A stretch of DNA of 64,000 nucleotides. It comes from the human T2T-CHM13v2.0 reference genome, Homo sapiens. The notes below the pieces were generated by a model, which made no database searches, was not told the DNA's origin, and was given only the letters and a program-made list of their open reading frames with translations. The position numbers and the translations under genes were made by a program. The stretch lies in assembly GCF_009914755.1 (NCBI RefSeq), contig NC_060936.1; one strand, given 5' to 3'. This document shows, piece after piece, positions 14,320-28,340 of the stretch (its first letter is position 1; the number at the start of each line of letters is the position of its first letter).

Positions 14320-14645
14320 TCCATGACTGCACGTCATATACAGTAACCACTAACTGCAGGTGGCTACTGAGGACTTGAAATGCAGCTAATCCTAACTGAG
14401 ATGTGCTGCAGGTGTAAAACACACAACAGATTTCTAAGAATTACTGTCCAAAGAAAGAATATAAACTCTTTGCAATGATATTAATAATTAATTTTGTTAT
14501 TACACGTTGAAATATTTTGGATATATTGGGTTAAATAAAATATATTATAAAAATTAATTGCACTTCTCTTTTGTTTTTAAAAAGTTGCTAATAGAAAATT
14601 TAAACTTGCGTAAGTGCTCAAATATGTAATTGGACAGGGGTGATC
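14320..14645. mobile_element. hAT-Charlie MITE, MER33/MER3-like
   Basis: gtggctactgaggacttgaaatgcagct...actgagatgtgctg...ttggacag. Confidence 0.7.
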
Positions 14646-15566
14646 TAATGAGCCAGTAGATGAACAGAGAAAGTCATGTAAAGGAAATGACTCTTACCTC
14701 CACCATACTCTCCTGCCTCTCTTTCTATATAAAGTTTAGTATACCCGTGCATTTTGCTTTGTAGGCATAAAAAAAAAATCTAGCTTTCCTTCTAATAAAG
14801 CTTTTTAAATGCACTTTGAGTTCCATTGCAGGATAATATTTTGCCCTGGTTCTGTCTGGAGTTCCATTTCACTTTGTTTTTCTTTTCTTTTCTTTCTTTT
14901 CCTTTTTTTATTTTATTTTTTATTTTTGAGTGAGTGAGTGAGGGTGGAAGTTATGGGTAGAACTGATTTTGAGATGATTGAGTAGAGTGAAAGGAGGAAT
15001 TAACGAAAGGGAAAGAGGATGGAAAGAAGGAATGAAGAAAAGAACAAGAAGACAGGTGGAAAGGTCAGGCCCTTGAGTAAAGAAAGAAAGGTTTAAACTA
15101 GTGTCATGAAAAATAAAATGATAGCTGACTAGTACGTTTTCAAACCTTTTTTGGGACTAAGACCAACAGTGAAAAATAAAAAACAGAACATTAACAACAA
15201 CACATATTACATTGCAACTCATGCATACATACCTACATTTATATGTATTAATAACTGAAACAAAAATTTTATAAACAATTCTGATCTTTATTATATATAG
15301 TAAAATTATATAAACATATAAATCAATAAGAGTATTAGCGTACAATTACAGTTGATCATTTTGTAGTCAAAGTTTAAAAAGAATGATTGAAGAGATAAAA
15401 CAATGTTTGGTGTAACCATAATAAGGTGTGATAAAAGTTTGTTAAATTAAAACATATTTAAATAAATATGTTGGATTGGTATGACAAATTAGAGAACACA
15501 TAATTTTTAGTGACATATTAGCCTCTTCATTTTTTAAAGCAGTTCTGTGCTTTATTATGAAGAATA

Positions 15567-15698
15567 ATGGACGATGATGATGCAAAGCTCAAAGCAGAAA
15601 TAGAAGCTGAATTGGATAAACTCAGCATTTCCTCCTTGGAAAAAGAAGACATTGAGAGTGATGCAAAATCAGAAACCCAGAGTGATGATAGTGATACA
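15567..15698 (+). CDS. LRRIQ1: LRR and IQ motif-containing protein 1, first coding exon (MDDDDAKLKAEIEAELDKL...SDDSDT); exon starts at 15543
   Basis: ataATGg start; acceptor aagcag|; donor ACA|gtgagt; 132 coding nt, phase 0. Confidence 0.95.
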
Positions 15699-17879
15699 GT
15701 GAGTATTGCACTTTTGAGCCTTTTAACAGGAGTAGGCTTTTCAGGAGAAATATTACTTTTCTCAGGATGTTTTTATGTACTTCTCATTTTTAGCAGCATT
15801 GTTATAAACAATTTATATAAATATAAATTATATTGAATATATATAGTCACCTATACATCTTCGTAAAATTGGGATTATCATTATATATATTTATATCCTG
15901 ATTTTTGTTTTTACTTGTGAACATTTTAGCATGATTAAATTACATGGGAAGAAAAATGTATATGAAATCTTTTGACATATCAAAATGGTTACTTTTGGAA
16001 ATAAAACAAATTATCCTTTTATTTGTGTATATTTACCAATGTTTATATGCTTCAGAGTTTATTCATAGATTTATTCATTTATACCAATATCCTTAATCCA
16101 ACTGGAATTTATTTTCAGGAATGTTATGAAATGTAGAACTAATTTGAAAATCTCCTGCACATATTGAGCTAATATTTCCAGTGTCTCTTGTTTAATAATC
16201 TAATTTTTCTCAATTGATTTATCATATGTCTTACTGATAGTTATTGTACATATGATCTATCCAAGGCTGTCTGTTCTTTTCCATTACTTTATTCATTATT
16301 TTCCTACTGTTGTATATTTGTAAATATTGAGTGGACCAAATTCTTCACATCTTTTTATCATTTGAAAATCTTAACTAAGCTTTTTTTGAAAAAGAAAATT
16401 TTTTAAAGATTTGAGAACTTTGTTATTTTATTAGGATTGCACTAAACCTACCTATTACATTTAGAAAAATTAACATTGTTACATTATTATGTCTTTTATC
16501 CAGAGCTCATTTAAATGAGGCAAAAAAATCTGAAATTCTTTATTTGAGTATGAAATCCAACAGAATAATGGATTGTTTTATATTTTATTATACCTTTTTA
16601 TATAAAGGAAGAAGAAAATTTTAAAGCCCTTCTGTTTCAATTAAGATACCTCACTATTATTTATATCACTTAGAATCAGTGTAAGTATTATTACCAGGGG
16701 AAAAAATTATTAACTAAGGATTTACAGATTATGAACTATATTTCCCAAGACATAACAACAATCTCTACAATCCAGGTAGCTTAGAATTCTATTTCTTAGT
16801 TAAACAAGAAATAGAAATCTCAATGCAGGACAGATGTCAGAAAAGTAGAATTGATATTTTTGTCACTATTTTTAATACACTACTTTATCAGGACTCATTT
16901 TATGACATATAATTTTACATGCTTTTCTGTAGTACTAAAAGAAAGGTAATATTTTCTCATTATCTTCTAATGTTCATTCTCAAAACTAAACACTGAATTC
17001 CATTAGTTAGGATAGAGAAAATAAAGCTGGCTGTAAATCCTAAATTCAACACATGAAAACCCAGTATGGCAGACAATATTTGTTTTTAGTTAAATAAAAG
17101 CAGGTGCATATCATGTTCTTCTATATAGAAGCATTTATATCGTTTCATTGATGCCATGCTTGAGGTCCCTCAGTGAAGTGTTGTCATCATGTAGATATAT
17201 GTAACTTCAAGATTATTATTAAAGTTGTTCCTAGATGCTTCAAGTATTTTGTTGTTATGAATATTATTTATTTGCATTATATTTTCTAACTAGTTACGGT
17301 GTTTATGGAGGAAGGAATTTTATTTTTGCATTTTGCATATCAATATATTTAGCTATTTAGAAAATTTACAAATCGAGTTACATAGGCTATATTGGTAGAT
17401 ATTTTATAATAGCTTACAAATGTGACTAAATTTGTGTATGATAATCACAAAGCCAGTTTTGAATGTAATAAATAATTATATCAGGTATTAGTTTGATATT
17501 AAATATTTTGAAAAAATAATCTTGCAGTTTTGATTAATATTTGATAATATTTATTTGAAGTTGGAATTAATCTAAAAATATATACAACTATTGAGGGCAT
17601 TCAAAAATAAACAGCCTGTAATAAAGTTAACGAAAGTGATGTGTAGGTAACTCTTTTCATTTGTTTTCTTAGAGTTTTCTAGAAATGCACAACCACCTGA
17701 AAATTAAAAGTAAACTCTAGCCAAATATATTTGTCTGAACTGTGCTGTTTATATGGAATCTTTTTACTTCATTTACATGTTTTGGTCACATTTTTGCTGT
17801 GGAATGAAGGGTCCAAAATTTGACACATAATTTTGATAATAAACACTTTCACAGTTTCTTGTATTATTCAAATTTTTAG

Positions 17880-17991
17880 GATTCAGTTGAATTACCAGAA
17901 TCAGTTCTTCACTGTATTAACATCATAAAGAACAGGAGTAAAGCTGTTGAAGAGCTCATTCTTCAGGACCTGGAAGATACTGATATTTTAA
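17880..17991 (+). CDS. LRRIQ1: LRRIQ1 exon 3 (DSVELPESVLHCINIIKNRSKAVEELILQDLEDTDIL)
   Basis: tttttag|GAT...TTAA|gtaagt; 112 nt, phase 0/1, open frame. Confidence 0.93.
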
Positions 17992-18629
17992 GTAAGTACT
18001 ATTTTCATCTGTCTGGCAGATAAGCTTTCTGTAAGTATGAACAAATTATAATTTAGTAAACTAAAGTGCTTAAAGTTCTTATCTCTTACTGTGCACATGT
18101 GTATACATTTAGTGTATTTCTAATATATCTACAGTATATTGGACTGTTGGGTTTAGTTCATTCATTTTTTTTTTACTATCTTTCTTAGGTCTTCAGTAAA
18201 TACCATCAGCATTTTGTTTCCGCAGTCCTAATTAATACCAGACATCCTATTATTTTATATTAAAGAAAATAAAACTAATCAAGAGAATTTTTTTGGCAGT
18301 ATCAGTATATACATCTTTTTTTGGGAAAAATATAATCACTTATTTGAAAAGCCCAACAGTATTTTGCTTGAATTGTGCAAATTTACTTCTTGGAATTGTT
18401 CTAAGACTAATGGAAAGATCGAAGATTTAATTAGAATTAACCTTGGCTTGGTTTATAATGAGAAATGGCAGCATTCTAAATGTTCAACAAGACCTTTTTT
18501 GTTGACTAATAAACCTATTTTTAAAAATGACAGACAAATATTTAATGTAAAAAATATTCATGATATGTTAAAAGCTATTTTAAAATTAAATGGCATTTAT
18601 GTATTAGTATAAATTACAATGTAGATATT

Positions 18630-19370
18630 CATATTCATTCAATAAATATTGCTTTGTGATAGAATGTGTTCTAGTCACTAAGAATACAGCAGTGAACAAA
18701 ACAGGCAAAGATTCTGTTTCTCTGTTTTAATGTTCCAGTGTAGGGAGACAGATAATAAACAAATATGCAATATTTCAATAGTGATAACTGCTATGAAGGA
18801 AAAAAATGTAAGGAGATAGAGACTGGAGTTTGCTATTTTAAATAGTCAGGGAAGGTCTCTGTGACAAGGTGATATTTGAGCAATGACTTAATGAATGTAA
18901 AGCTGAGCCACATGGTTATCTAGGAAGCCTGTATTCTGGAAAGAGGGAAGTATAAAGGCCCACTGAGTGGATTTAATATGTTTGAATAACAGCAAGTAAA
19001 CGTTTCTGGTTGTATGTGAGAAAACAAAGGATTAGATGATATAGGGCTCTTCCAAACTATTTTGTGGACTTTGGATTCTATTCTCAACATATAAAAAATT
19101 TTGAGTAAGCAATGACAGTATCTGAATTTTATTTGGAAACAATCATTCTGTTGACTGTGTAGAGAATATGCCTTGAGGTAGTCAAGCTACTACAAGACTA
19201 TTGCAATAATATGACAAGAGATGAGAGTGGTTTGAGTAGACATGAAGAAATATGGTCATATTCTGGACATTATTTTAAGGTAGAAAGAGAAGCATATATT
19301 GGTGGACTGGTACAAAATGAAGAAAGGAAGGTGGCTCCAAGAATTTTGTCCCGAACACCAGCATGAATTG
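18630..19370 (-). mobile_element. L2 fragment
   Basis: ttcattcaataaatatt...cagcagtgaacaaaacag...gggaaggtctct...ggtgatatttgagca. Confidence 0.75.
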
Positions 19371-19719
19371 CTATGTAAAGATTTACTGTATATTTTGACA
19401 ATGATTATCTATGGTTGAATTATGAAGAATGTTGACATGTTTTGTTTATTTTTACTCAGGTTTAAACACTGAAAATATAAATACATTGACAGGTATACAG
19501 CCTATTTATAGCCTAATTATAAAAAAAATCAAGGAAAACACAATTGTAGAAATTAGTTACATGAACTGAGATACAACTACAGTTACAGCAGTGGTTTAGA
19601 AAATTATGAGATCTTGTATATAACTCTAACCTAATCTAATCTAATCTGATTTCTAATAAGATCAAATAAATCAGAGCCTTATAAAAGATATTTGACAATC
19701 GTAATGAATAAAGTAATTT

Positions 19720-20075
19720 TCCCATAAAATTTAAATTAATTTAATTATTTAAAATCGTTAATTATTTAAATTATTTAAAATTATTAAATTTATCTTAGTA
19801 AAATTAAGTATAAATTATTAAAATTATTTTAATTTATTAAATTAAAATAATTGTTAAAATTATTAAATTTATTATCATCATAAGTTTATTATTCATTAAA
19901 TTATACTAATATGTATTATTTATTAAATTTGAATTTATTGAAATTTAATTTAAATTATCCTGTGTAATAATTTAATAATTTACATTATGTATTCATTCTT
20001 ATATGAATTATTTAATTTAAATTATTTATTACATTATTTGTTACACGGGATGATAGTTTAAAATTAAATTAATGA
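19720..20075. repeat. AT-rich low-complexity tract with imperfect inverted repeat
   Basis: Nearly pure A/T (aattatttaa-like units). Confidence 0.85.
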
Positions 20076-20319
20076 TTTTTCAAGAAAACAAATTATCAAA
20101 ATTATTTGAAAAAGTGAAAAACAAATCAATAATATGGCAAAGAGGTGGAAAGAGATTTTTCAAATGTTGCTAAACTAGGAAAGATGTTATAACTAAATTC
20201 TTACAACCTATTAAGGAGCAAAAATACTTTATTTCTAAAAGCTATATATTTCAGATCAAAATTGTACAAGCATAGCACAGATAAAAGAAACTAGAAGCTA
20301 GTTGCACTTATGAATATAG

Positions 20320-21480
20320 ATGATTGGGGTTCTCAGTTGTAGAAAACAGACACTCTAGCTACTTTAGGCAGTAAGTTTTTTTGTTTATTTTTATAAGGAG
20401 AGATGTTCTAAATATTTATTGCTGTGTTATGAATATAGATGTATTGATCGGGGTTCTCAGTTGTAGAGAACGGGCACTAGCTGCTTTATGGGCAGTAAGG
20501 TTTTTTGTTTATTTTTATAAGGAGAGATGTTCTGAATATTTATTGCTGTGAAACAAAGTTAGAAAGTTAAAATAATTTATTACTATATCTTTTGGTTCTG
20601 TTGGTTGACTGGGCTCACCTGGACAGTTCTTGCTTGGGTTTTTCATGCATTTATAGTCAGATGTTGATTAAGTCTGTAGTCATCTGAAGGCTTGACTGGA
20701 TTACAAAAAAAATAGCTCATTAAAATGTCTGGCTATTGATGCAACCTGTTGGCTGGAGAGTTCAGATGTGGCTTTCAACTGGAGGCACCTACATGTAGCC
20801 TCTCTCTGTGGCTTTCGCTCCTCAGATCATGTAGATTCTGAGAAGTGTTCTACAGCAAAATACCAAGAGACCAAGGTGGAACCTTGTAGGGCTTCTCATG
20901 ATCTTTTCTCAGACATCATGCGTCATTTCTGCCACATCCTGATGGTCACGCAGGGTCAGCTTATGTCCTATGTGAGAGGGAACTACACGGGATATGTATA
21001 CCAGTAGGTGTGATTCTTTGGGAGAAACATCTTTGGGGACTATCTACTAGAATAAGTAACCGAGTTATTAATAAGACTGAAGAAGCAGTCTCTAGTCTAA
21101 ACATCCAAGGTGTAGAACAAACCCCACACATATATCATGAAACTGGGCTGCATCAGAAGCTGCTGTCTGCTATACTTAAGAAGTTCAGAGACATTAATCC
21201 TCTACTATACACTCCTGTCTCCCAACTCCAAGCTCCTTCTACCACATTCTGGCTCATAGAAATTAAAACATCATCACCTGCCTCCCTTTATACATAATAA
21301 TTTATGAAAAAAAGAGTTATGTAAATATATTTATGGACATAAACTAAATCACTCTCAGAAATCTAGCTGCAAAGGTATCTGGATGATGTCATTTTTTTCT
21401 TTTTGACCTCTCACACAGGAAAGCATGCCAGAAAGGTAGTGAATAGGTGTTAAAAGAAAATCTATAATATCTGACAAAAT
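20320..21480. mobile_element. Nested MLT1 (ERVL-MaLR) LTR remnants
   Basis: ggggttctcagttg start interrupted by ...ggttgactgggctca...tcatctgaaggcttgactgg...catttctgccacat. Confidence 0.65.
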
Positions 21481-22092
21481 AGGTGTGAATAATCAGTTAG
21501 CCAGCAGAATGGTCCTCTGTAAAGTTAGTTTGCTATTAGGAAACATTACCATGTTATAACATATTAATTGAATGAAAGAAAATAAACATAACTACATCTG
21601 CACACATAATTAAAAATTATAAAATTCAACAACTCATAAAATAAGAAATATAATTCCTCTTCATTTACATGGTAATAATTATAATTTTTAAATTAATATT
21701 TTTATTAAAATGTTTTCAATATCTTGTGCAAGGTCATGTCTGGTTTGTGGCAGATAGAGTTGAATTTTTGTTGATTTCTAATCAAGATGCCGTTGCAATA
21801 TCAAGCCAGGCATGATCCTTTTTGCCTGGGAAATAAACTTCAGGCACTAGAATATGGAAAATGATAGAGTCAAAGCACTTTAGAAATTTATTACTTTTAT
21901 TTTTAGAATAAATATATCAGATTTCCTCTATTGTTTATTCTTAATAATTTTTCTGTTATTCTGAGTTACTCTTACTGATCAACAATATACCCTGATAGAA
22001 TTTGAGGTTAAAAATTAAGAAAGGGTTTGAAATTTTGAGATGTTGTATTGTACTCTAATATTGGAAGTTATATACATTTTTTCTTTCTCTAG

Positions 22093-22184
22093 GCTGTAGT
22101 TATGGAGCAGTTTCTAATAATCATATGCATTTAAGAACAGGACTATCAACTGAATATGAAGAAAGTTCAGAGCAATTAATTAAG
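22093..22184 (+). CDS. LRRIQ1: LRRIQ1 exon 4 (SCSYGAVSNNHMHLRTGLSTEYEESSEQLIK)
   Basis: tctctag|GC...AAG|gtatat; 92 nt, phase 1/0. Confidence 0.92.
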
Positions 22185-23394
22185 GTATATATTCAATATT
22201 TGACTTAAAATATTCACTATTACAATTAGAAATTTTCTCTCTTACACAAGATTGATACTTCACTGATTTTAAGTTCACTGATTTAAATATTAAAAATTTA
22301 ATTATTCTTAAGCAAATCATCTGTGGTTTTATGGTTTCTTCTGGCATATGATATAAAAACACTCAATTTTCAGTCTTTAAGAATATTAAAAGTGGTGGGT
22401 TGAGCCATTTATACCTGGCAATTTAATGTGCATGTAGATAAAATAGGAGAACTATATTACACAAATTTTGTTGTCTAAAAATTCTGAGGAAAATAATGAA
22501 TATACTCTTATTTACTCTTTCTTAGGATTGTACTATGTTCCTGCAGAGACGTTATAGAAAATTTAAATTTACAATACTTTATAGTAGTTTTTAGAAACAA
22601 ATAAAAGAAAAACTTACTTAAAAAATAAGAAGAGCCTTAGCAGTTTAAGTTAAAAATCCCACAAATGGATTTAAGAGAAAGTCTCTCCTAAAGATTCACT
22701 TCTTAGATTGACTTTTACCTCTCATTTTATCCAGCTTTCTCTCCTTTTACCTATTTCTCCTCCCTAATGTGTTTAACATAATTTGAAAATTTCTTATATA
22801 TCTCATTCTTTTTTAATGTTTTACTCTATTGAATTTTTTGTAATACTCAAATTTGAAATATTAATTTTCAATTATTATACTGTTACTTCCTTGGAATAAA
22901 TAGCCTGTATCTTTCCAACTAAAGTATGGTGAAAATATAATTATGGAAAATAATTGATATAAATGATGTATATATAATTTAGGTTACAGAATAGTTCTCT
23001 TTCGTATCATATAGAATATATAAAAAGTTTGTGTATGTGAACAGTCACTACAGTCAGAAAAATAGAATATATTAAAAGGAAAACATTAGTAGAAACATTT
23101 TGAAGTGATTGTCAGATGGTTTAATTGAATATTGTGGAATAATACTAAATAATATTAAAGACTTATTAGAGTTCCGAAAAACATAAGGAGGGTTACTAAT
23201 GCTTGCATGGGAAAATTTTTTATTCATTGTAAAGAGAATAATTATCAATGTGCTGCAGATTTGTATTTGAGAGATATCTGGAGTACATTAAAATTCTTGG
23301 TATATACATATAAATATTTAATGTATTATTAAAACGACAGCTTTACTCTCTATTTTGATTTTCTTTAATCATTGGTACTCATTTAACCTCTTAG

Positions 23395-23512
23395 ATATTA
23401 TCTGAAATAGAAAAAGAAGAATTTATGAGAAGTAAAACCGATTGTGCCACTCCTGATTTTGTTCCTGAGCCTAGTCCTCATGACTTGCCTATGGATGAAC
23501 ATGTTTTACCAG
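23395..23512 (+). CDS. LRRIQ1: LRRIQ1 exon 5 (ILSEIEKEEFMRSKTDCATPDFVPEPSPHDLPMDEHVLP)
   Basis: ctcttag|ATA...CCAG|gtggac; 118 nt, phase 0/1. Confidence 0.9.
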
Positions 23513-23969
23513 GTGGACTAAATTGCTCAATGATATGTTTGTTGATTTTTATATGATTGATCATAGTTATTTAAAAAAAATTGGACAGTTGATGTTTGTT
23601 CTGATATTTAGAAAAGCAATTACAATGTTTGAAGATTATTGTGCCTTTGCTATACTTATTAAATTACATATCATCATACTTTTATGCCTTCTAAATTTAC
23701 TTGATTTAAATATTTTTTCCACATGTTCAGCTGATTGCAATAGACTTGACTATCCCTGACTTTATTTAGTATCTCTTAACTATCTCTTAATGACACACAT
23801 ACACACACACACTTGTGGGTTTATTTTTATATTAAGTTTTGTGGAATATTTTAAGTCAACTTATGTAACTTTATTCACTTTGGTGAAATTTCTACGTCTA
23901 TTCAACAATGTATTTTATTGTTGCATATTCTCGCTTTGGGAATATGTTAACATTATTTTTTTACTTTAA

Positions 23970-24537
23970 GATTCCTCAAGGATCTAGAATTAGAAATACC
24001 ATTTGATCCAGCCATCCCATTACTGGGTATATACCCAAAGGATTATACATCATGCTGCTATAAAGACACATCCACACATATGTTTATTGCGGCACTATTC
24101 ACAATAGCAACGACTTGGAACCAACCCAAATGTCCATCAATGATAGACTGGATTAAGAAAATGTGGCACATATACACCATGGAATATTACGCAGCCATAA
24201 AAAAGGATGAGTTCATGTCCTTTGTAGGGACATGGATGAAGCTGGAAACCATCATTCTGAGCAAACTATTGCAAGGACAAAAAACCAAAAACCGCATGTT
24301 CTCACTCATCGGTGGGAATTAAACAATGAGAACACTTGGACACAGGAAGGGGAACATCACACACCAGGGCCTCTCATGGCGTTGGGGGAGGGGGGAGGGA
24401 CAGCATTAGGAGATATACCTAATGTAAATGATGAGTTAATGGGTGCAGCACACCAACATGGCACATGTATACATATGTAACAAACCTGCACGTTGTGCAC
24501 ATGTACCCTAGAACTTAAAGTAAAATTAAAAAAAAAT
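23970..24537 (+). mobile_element. L1PA 3' fragment (ORF2 end plus 3' UTR)
   Basis: ORF2 C-terminus [10 protein letters not shown]...MFSLIGGN, G-rich 3' UTR, A tail; ends about 75 nt before exon 6. Confidence 0.96.
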
Positions 24538-24612
24538 TACTTTTATACTTTGAATTAGTTTTGACAGTTTTGATCTTACAAATGATGATGTTATTTTTCT
24601 TCATGAGTGCAG

Positions 24613-24836
24613 ATGATGCTGATATAAATTTTGGATACTGTGAAGTGGAAGAAAAATGTAGACAGTCTTTTGAGGCTTGGCAAGAGAAACAGAAGGAATT
24701 AGAAGATAAAGAGAAACAAACTCTCAAAGCTCAGAGGGATAGAGAAGAAAAACAATTTCAAGAAGAAGAAGAAAAGCGACATTGCTGGATGAAACAATTT
24801 AAAGTTGAAAAGAAGAAATTAGAGAACATTCAGAAG
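24613..24836 (+). CDS. LRRIQ1: LRRIQ1 exon 6 (DDADINFGYCEVEEKCRQSF...LENIQK; coiled coil)
   Basis: gtgcag|AT...AAG|gtattt; 224 nt, phase 1/0; inside ORF 24561..24887. Confidence 0.93.
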
Positions 24837-25643
24837 GTATTTTGCTTTTGTTTTTCATGTATTTTTAAAATCAGTAGCTACCTCTGAAGAATATTGATAT
24901 TTGGATTGTGTTGCAGATTGAGCTTAATAGTATGACTTTTAATTACTCTCTGATAGAGGAAGAAATTGACTGTGAATTAACAGTATTTAATATGAGGTCC
25001 TTGATTAGTTTTTATTGAAATTCATTGGAAGGTCAGACACACTTCTGATCTTGGGGGCCAATGGAGTCTATGAATTTCAAGGGTCATCATGGATAGCCTG
25101 AAATTTACAATATAAATTGTTGTTTTTCTTTATATGCTTCTAAACATTGGAAAAAGCAATGAAAAATTCTTGAGTATGCATTAACCTTGCTCTGTGGTCT
25201 GGCATATGACATGTAAAACATATTTAAAAGTAGTTCAACCATTTAGAGTCAGTCTGCGCCCCACCTTCATAATTAAGCTACTTCCTTGAACTGGCAACTT
25301 TTTGGTGTGAAGTTTTGTACTGTTTTCATTTCTGTCGTATGTGTTGTTGGTGTTGTTTTCCCCCTAGGAGATCCACACAATCAGATCATAGTGGTGGTAT
25401 ATCGGTATTGAGAAACTGGTGGATTTTAGGACACCACTTGCAGGTCATGAGAACCTTAGAATATTTGGATAACAGGCATGACTGACTTCTCTATCTTTCA
25501 TGATTAAAGTTGATTTATACATTATCCAGAACTTGCTGGGTTTGAGTGTTGCATATAAAGAACATTAGCTTGTTCAACATTTTTTAATCCTCCATGTTGA
25601 GGACATTTCATTTCTTGACTGTGTAGAAAATAAACACATTAAA

Positions 25644-26040
<397 letters not shown>

Positions 26041-27361
26041 TTAGTTATGTTTTCTTTCCCATAGACCAGAATGACATAGTCATTTCTGAGATCAAAAGCT
26101 TTAAAAAAAAGAAATCCAAAATAGGATTGAGTATAATGTAGATTATTGGAGTAGTATTTGTTGGTTTGTACTAAAATACATAATTGCTATTAAGTGTTAG
26201 TAGTATTTTCAGATTTAAGAAACATCTGATTTCAATCCTATTCAGCAAAGTTGTCATTTTTATTTGTTTTATAACCAAAATTTGCTGACTACCTTAAGGG
26301 CAAAGCATTCAGCTGTGTGCTTAGATGATGCAAAAGAGATCTAACAGCAAATCCCACCCTCAAAGAATTATAACTTATTTTTTTGAAACTAATTTGCAAT
26401 TTATCATATAATTATGATTTAAGGAAATGCAATAATATTAGGTGTAATGAATTCCTAAATATGTCCTTCATTATGCCTTGGAGCTTAAAAGTTTCCAATG
26501 GTTCTAGCCCATATTTTGTATGATTGACTCTAAATATATAATTTACTTTCTGTCAGTAGTTCTTTCCTGGGTTGTTTGTTAGCTGCCTCTCCATTCCCCA
26601 AAATAGCAATCATAAATCTCTTAAGAATTACACCCAATTCCTCCCCCCTCATTATTAGCAAATAACCACATAACATTTTTTTGCATCAAATACAAACTTT
26701 CTCTTTTAATTACACAGCTATTTAGTATCAACATCTGTACTCATCCTTTTTAAAATTATTATTGGCCTTCCCTCCTATCCCAGTAAGAAATGCTTCTTTC
26801 TTCTGCCAAAGGTTAGCTTTTCCTCCTCTACTTTATATTTTATCAGTTTTCAACCTACACCTGCTTTTTCTATATGCTGAAACACTCCTATCATCTTCCT
26901 CCTTTTTTATTGTTTATAAGCATGTTCAATTTCCTCCCATCCTAAAAATAAAACAAAAGAAAAATCGTGAGATCATTCTTATGTTTTTCTTTAGCTGTTC
27001 TTTGATTGGCTTTTTAAAGGCTGTGTATGATAGGCTTCTTAAAGAGTGGTTATTTATACTGTATCAATTTTTTCATTTCTCATCCAATTCTAATCCTGCT
27101 AGGTTTTTTGCAGCATTACCACACTGAATGAAACTGTTCTTGAGGAAGATAACCAATGACTTCTATATATTATACTCACAGGTTTCTTTCAGCTATTTTG
27201 GACTCTGTAGCATTTTATGCCAGCAAAAATTTGATGGTTGACCATTTTACTTTCCCTTGACTTCTGTGAGATCACATTGTCTTGATTCTGTCACATCTTT
27301 GGCAATTACTCATTGATATCCATTTTAGACTTCATTTTCTCTCTCTGTCCTTGTGTTTTCC

Positions 27362-27605
27362 ATTAGGCTGTTCCTGCATTGCTATAAAGAAAATGCCTGA
27401 CACTGGGTAATTTTTAAAAGTGGCACACACTTTTAAATGACCAGATCTAATGTGGACTCAGAGCAAAATCTCACTTATCACCAAGGGGATGGTCAAAGAC
27501 CTTCATAAGGGACCTGCTCCCATGATCCAAACACCTCCCACCAGGCCCCACCTCCAACACTGGGGAGTAGAGTTCAACCTGAGATTTGGGTAGGAACTAA
27601 CATCA
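27362..27605 (+). mobile_element. MST (MaLR) LTR, internally deleted, inserted in L2
   Basis: cattgctataaagaaa...cctcccaccaggccccacctccaacactgggga. Confidence 0.8.
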
Positions 27606-28340
27606 TGGATTCTATTTTTGTCCCTTTCTTTCTTACTCCATATACCTCCACCTTGATAATTTCATCTTAATGAATTCCCTAATGTGTCCTTTATTATGAC
27701 TTGGTGCTTAAAACAAATGACCGTTGATAACCAAATCTACAATTGTATCAAAACAAGGTAGACTACATAACTCTCCTACAAAAACTGCATACTCAGAGAA
27801 CTTTATGTATCTAAAACTGAATGCATTGTCTTTCTTTCTGAGTTGTTCTTCCCTGGAATTCTTAATTTTGATAAGCCACATTATTATCATTAGTCCAAGA
27901 TAGAAAAATGAAGGTAATGTTTTATTATTCCTTCTTTTTTATTACTATCTTTGATCCAATTATTGTATTATCCATCTTCGCATCCATGTACTTTACAGCT
28001 CCTTTGTAGTTCAAGCTGCCTGAGGGTCTAACTTGGGATATTTACTATATTCTCTAATTGGTCTCCCTACCTTTGGTCTTACATTTCTCACACTTATCCA
28101 TAGCACTGTCAGACAACTATTTATTTAAAAATACGTTACTTCCATGCTTAAACCTCATCAAAAATTCCCATAGCTCATATGAGATAATGATCAAAGAACT
28201 TTTCCCACTTTTTAAAATATCTAATGAATTGGTAATTTGTGGCAATTTCATGTTTACGTTGTCTTTGCATTTGTTCTCACTCTTGCTACCTATCTACAGA
28301 AGGTCCTACTCATTCTCACATGGTCATTTCCGATGCTTTC

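Noticed and set aside
14185-14420. Strong acceptor (ccctttctttacag| at 14206) in LRRIQ1 intron 1
   Set aside because: No convincing matching donor; cannot call an exon from sequence alone
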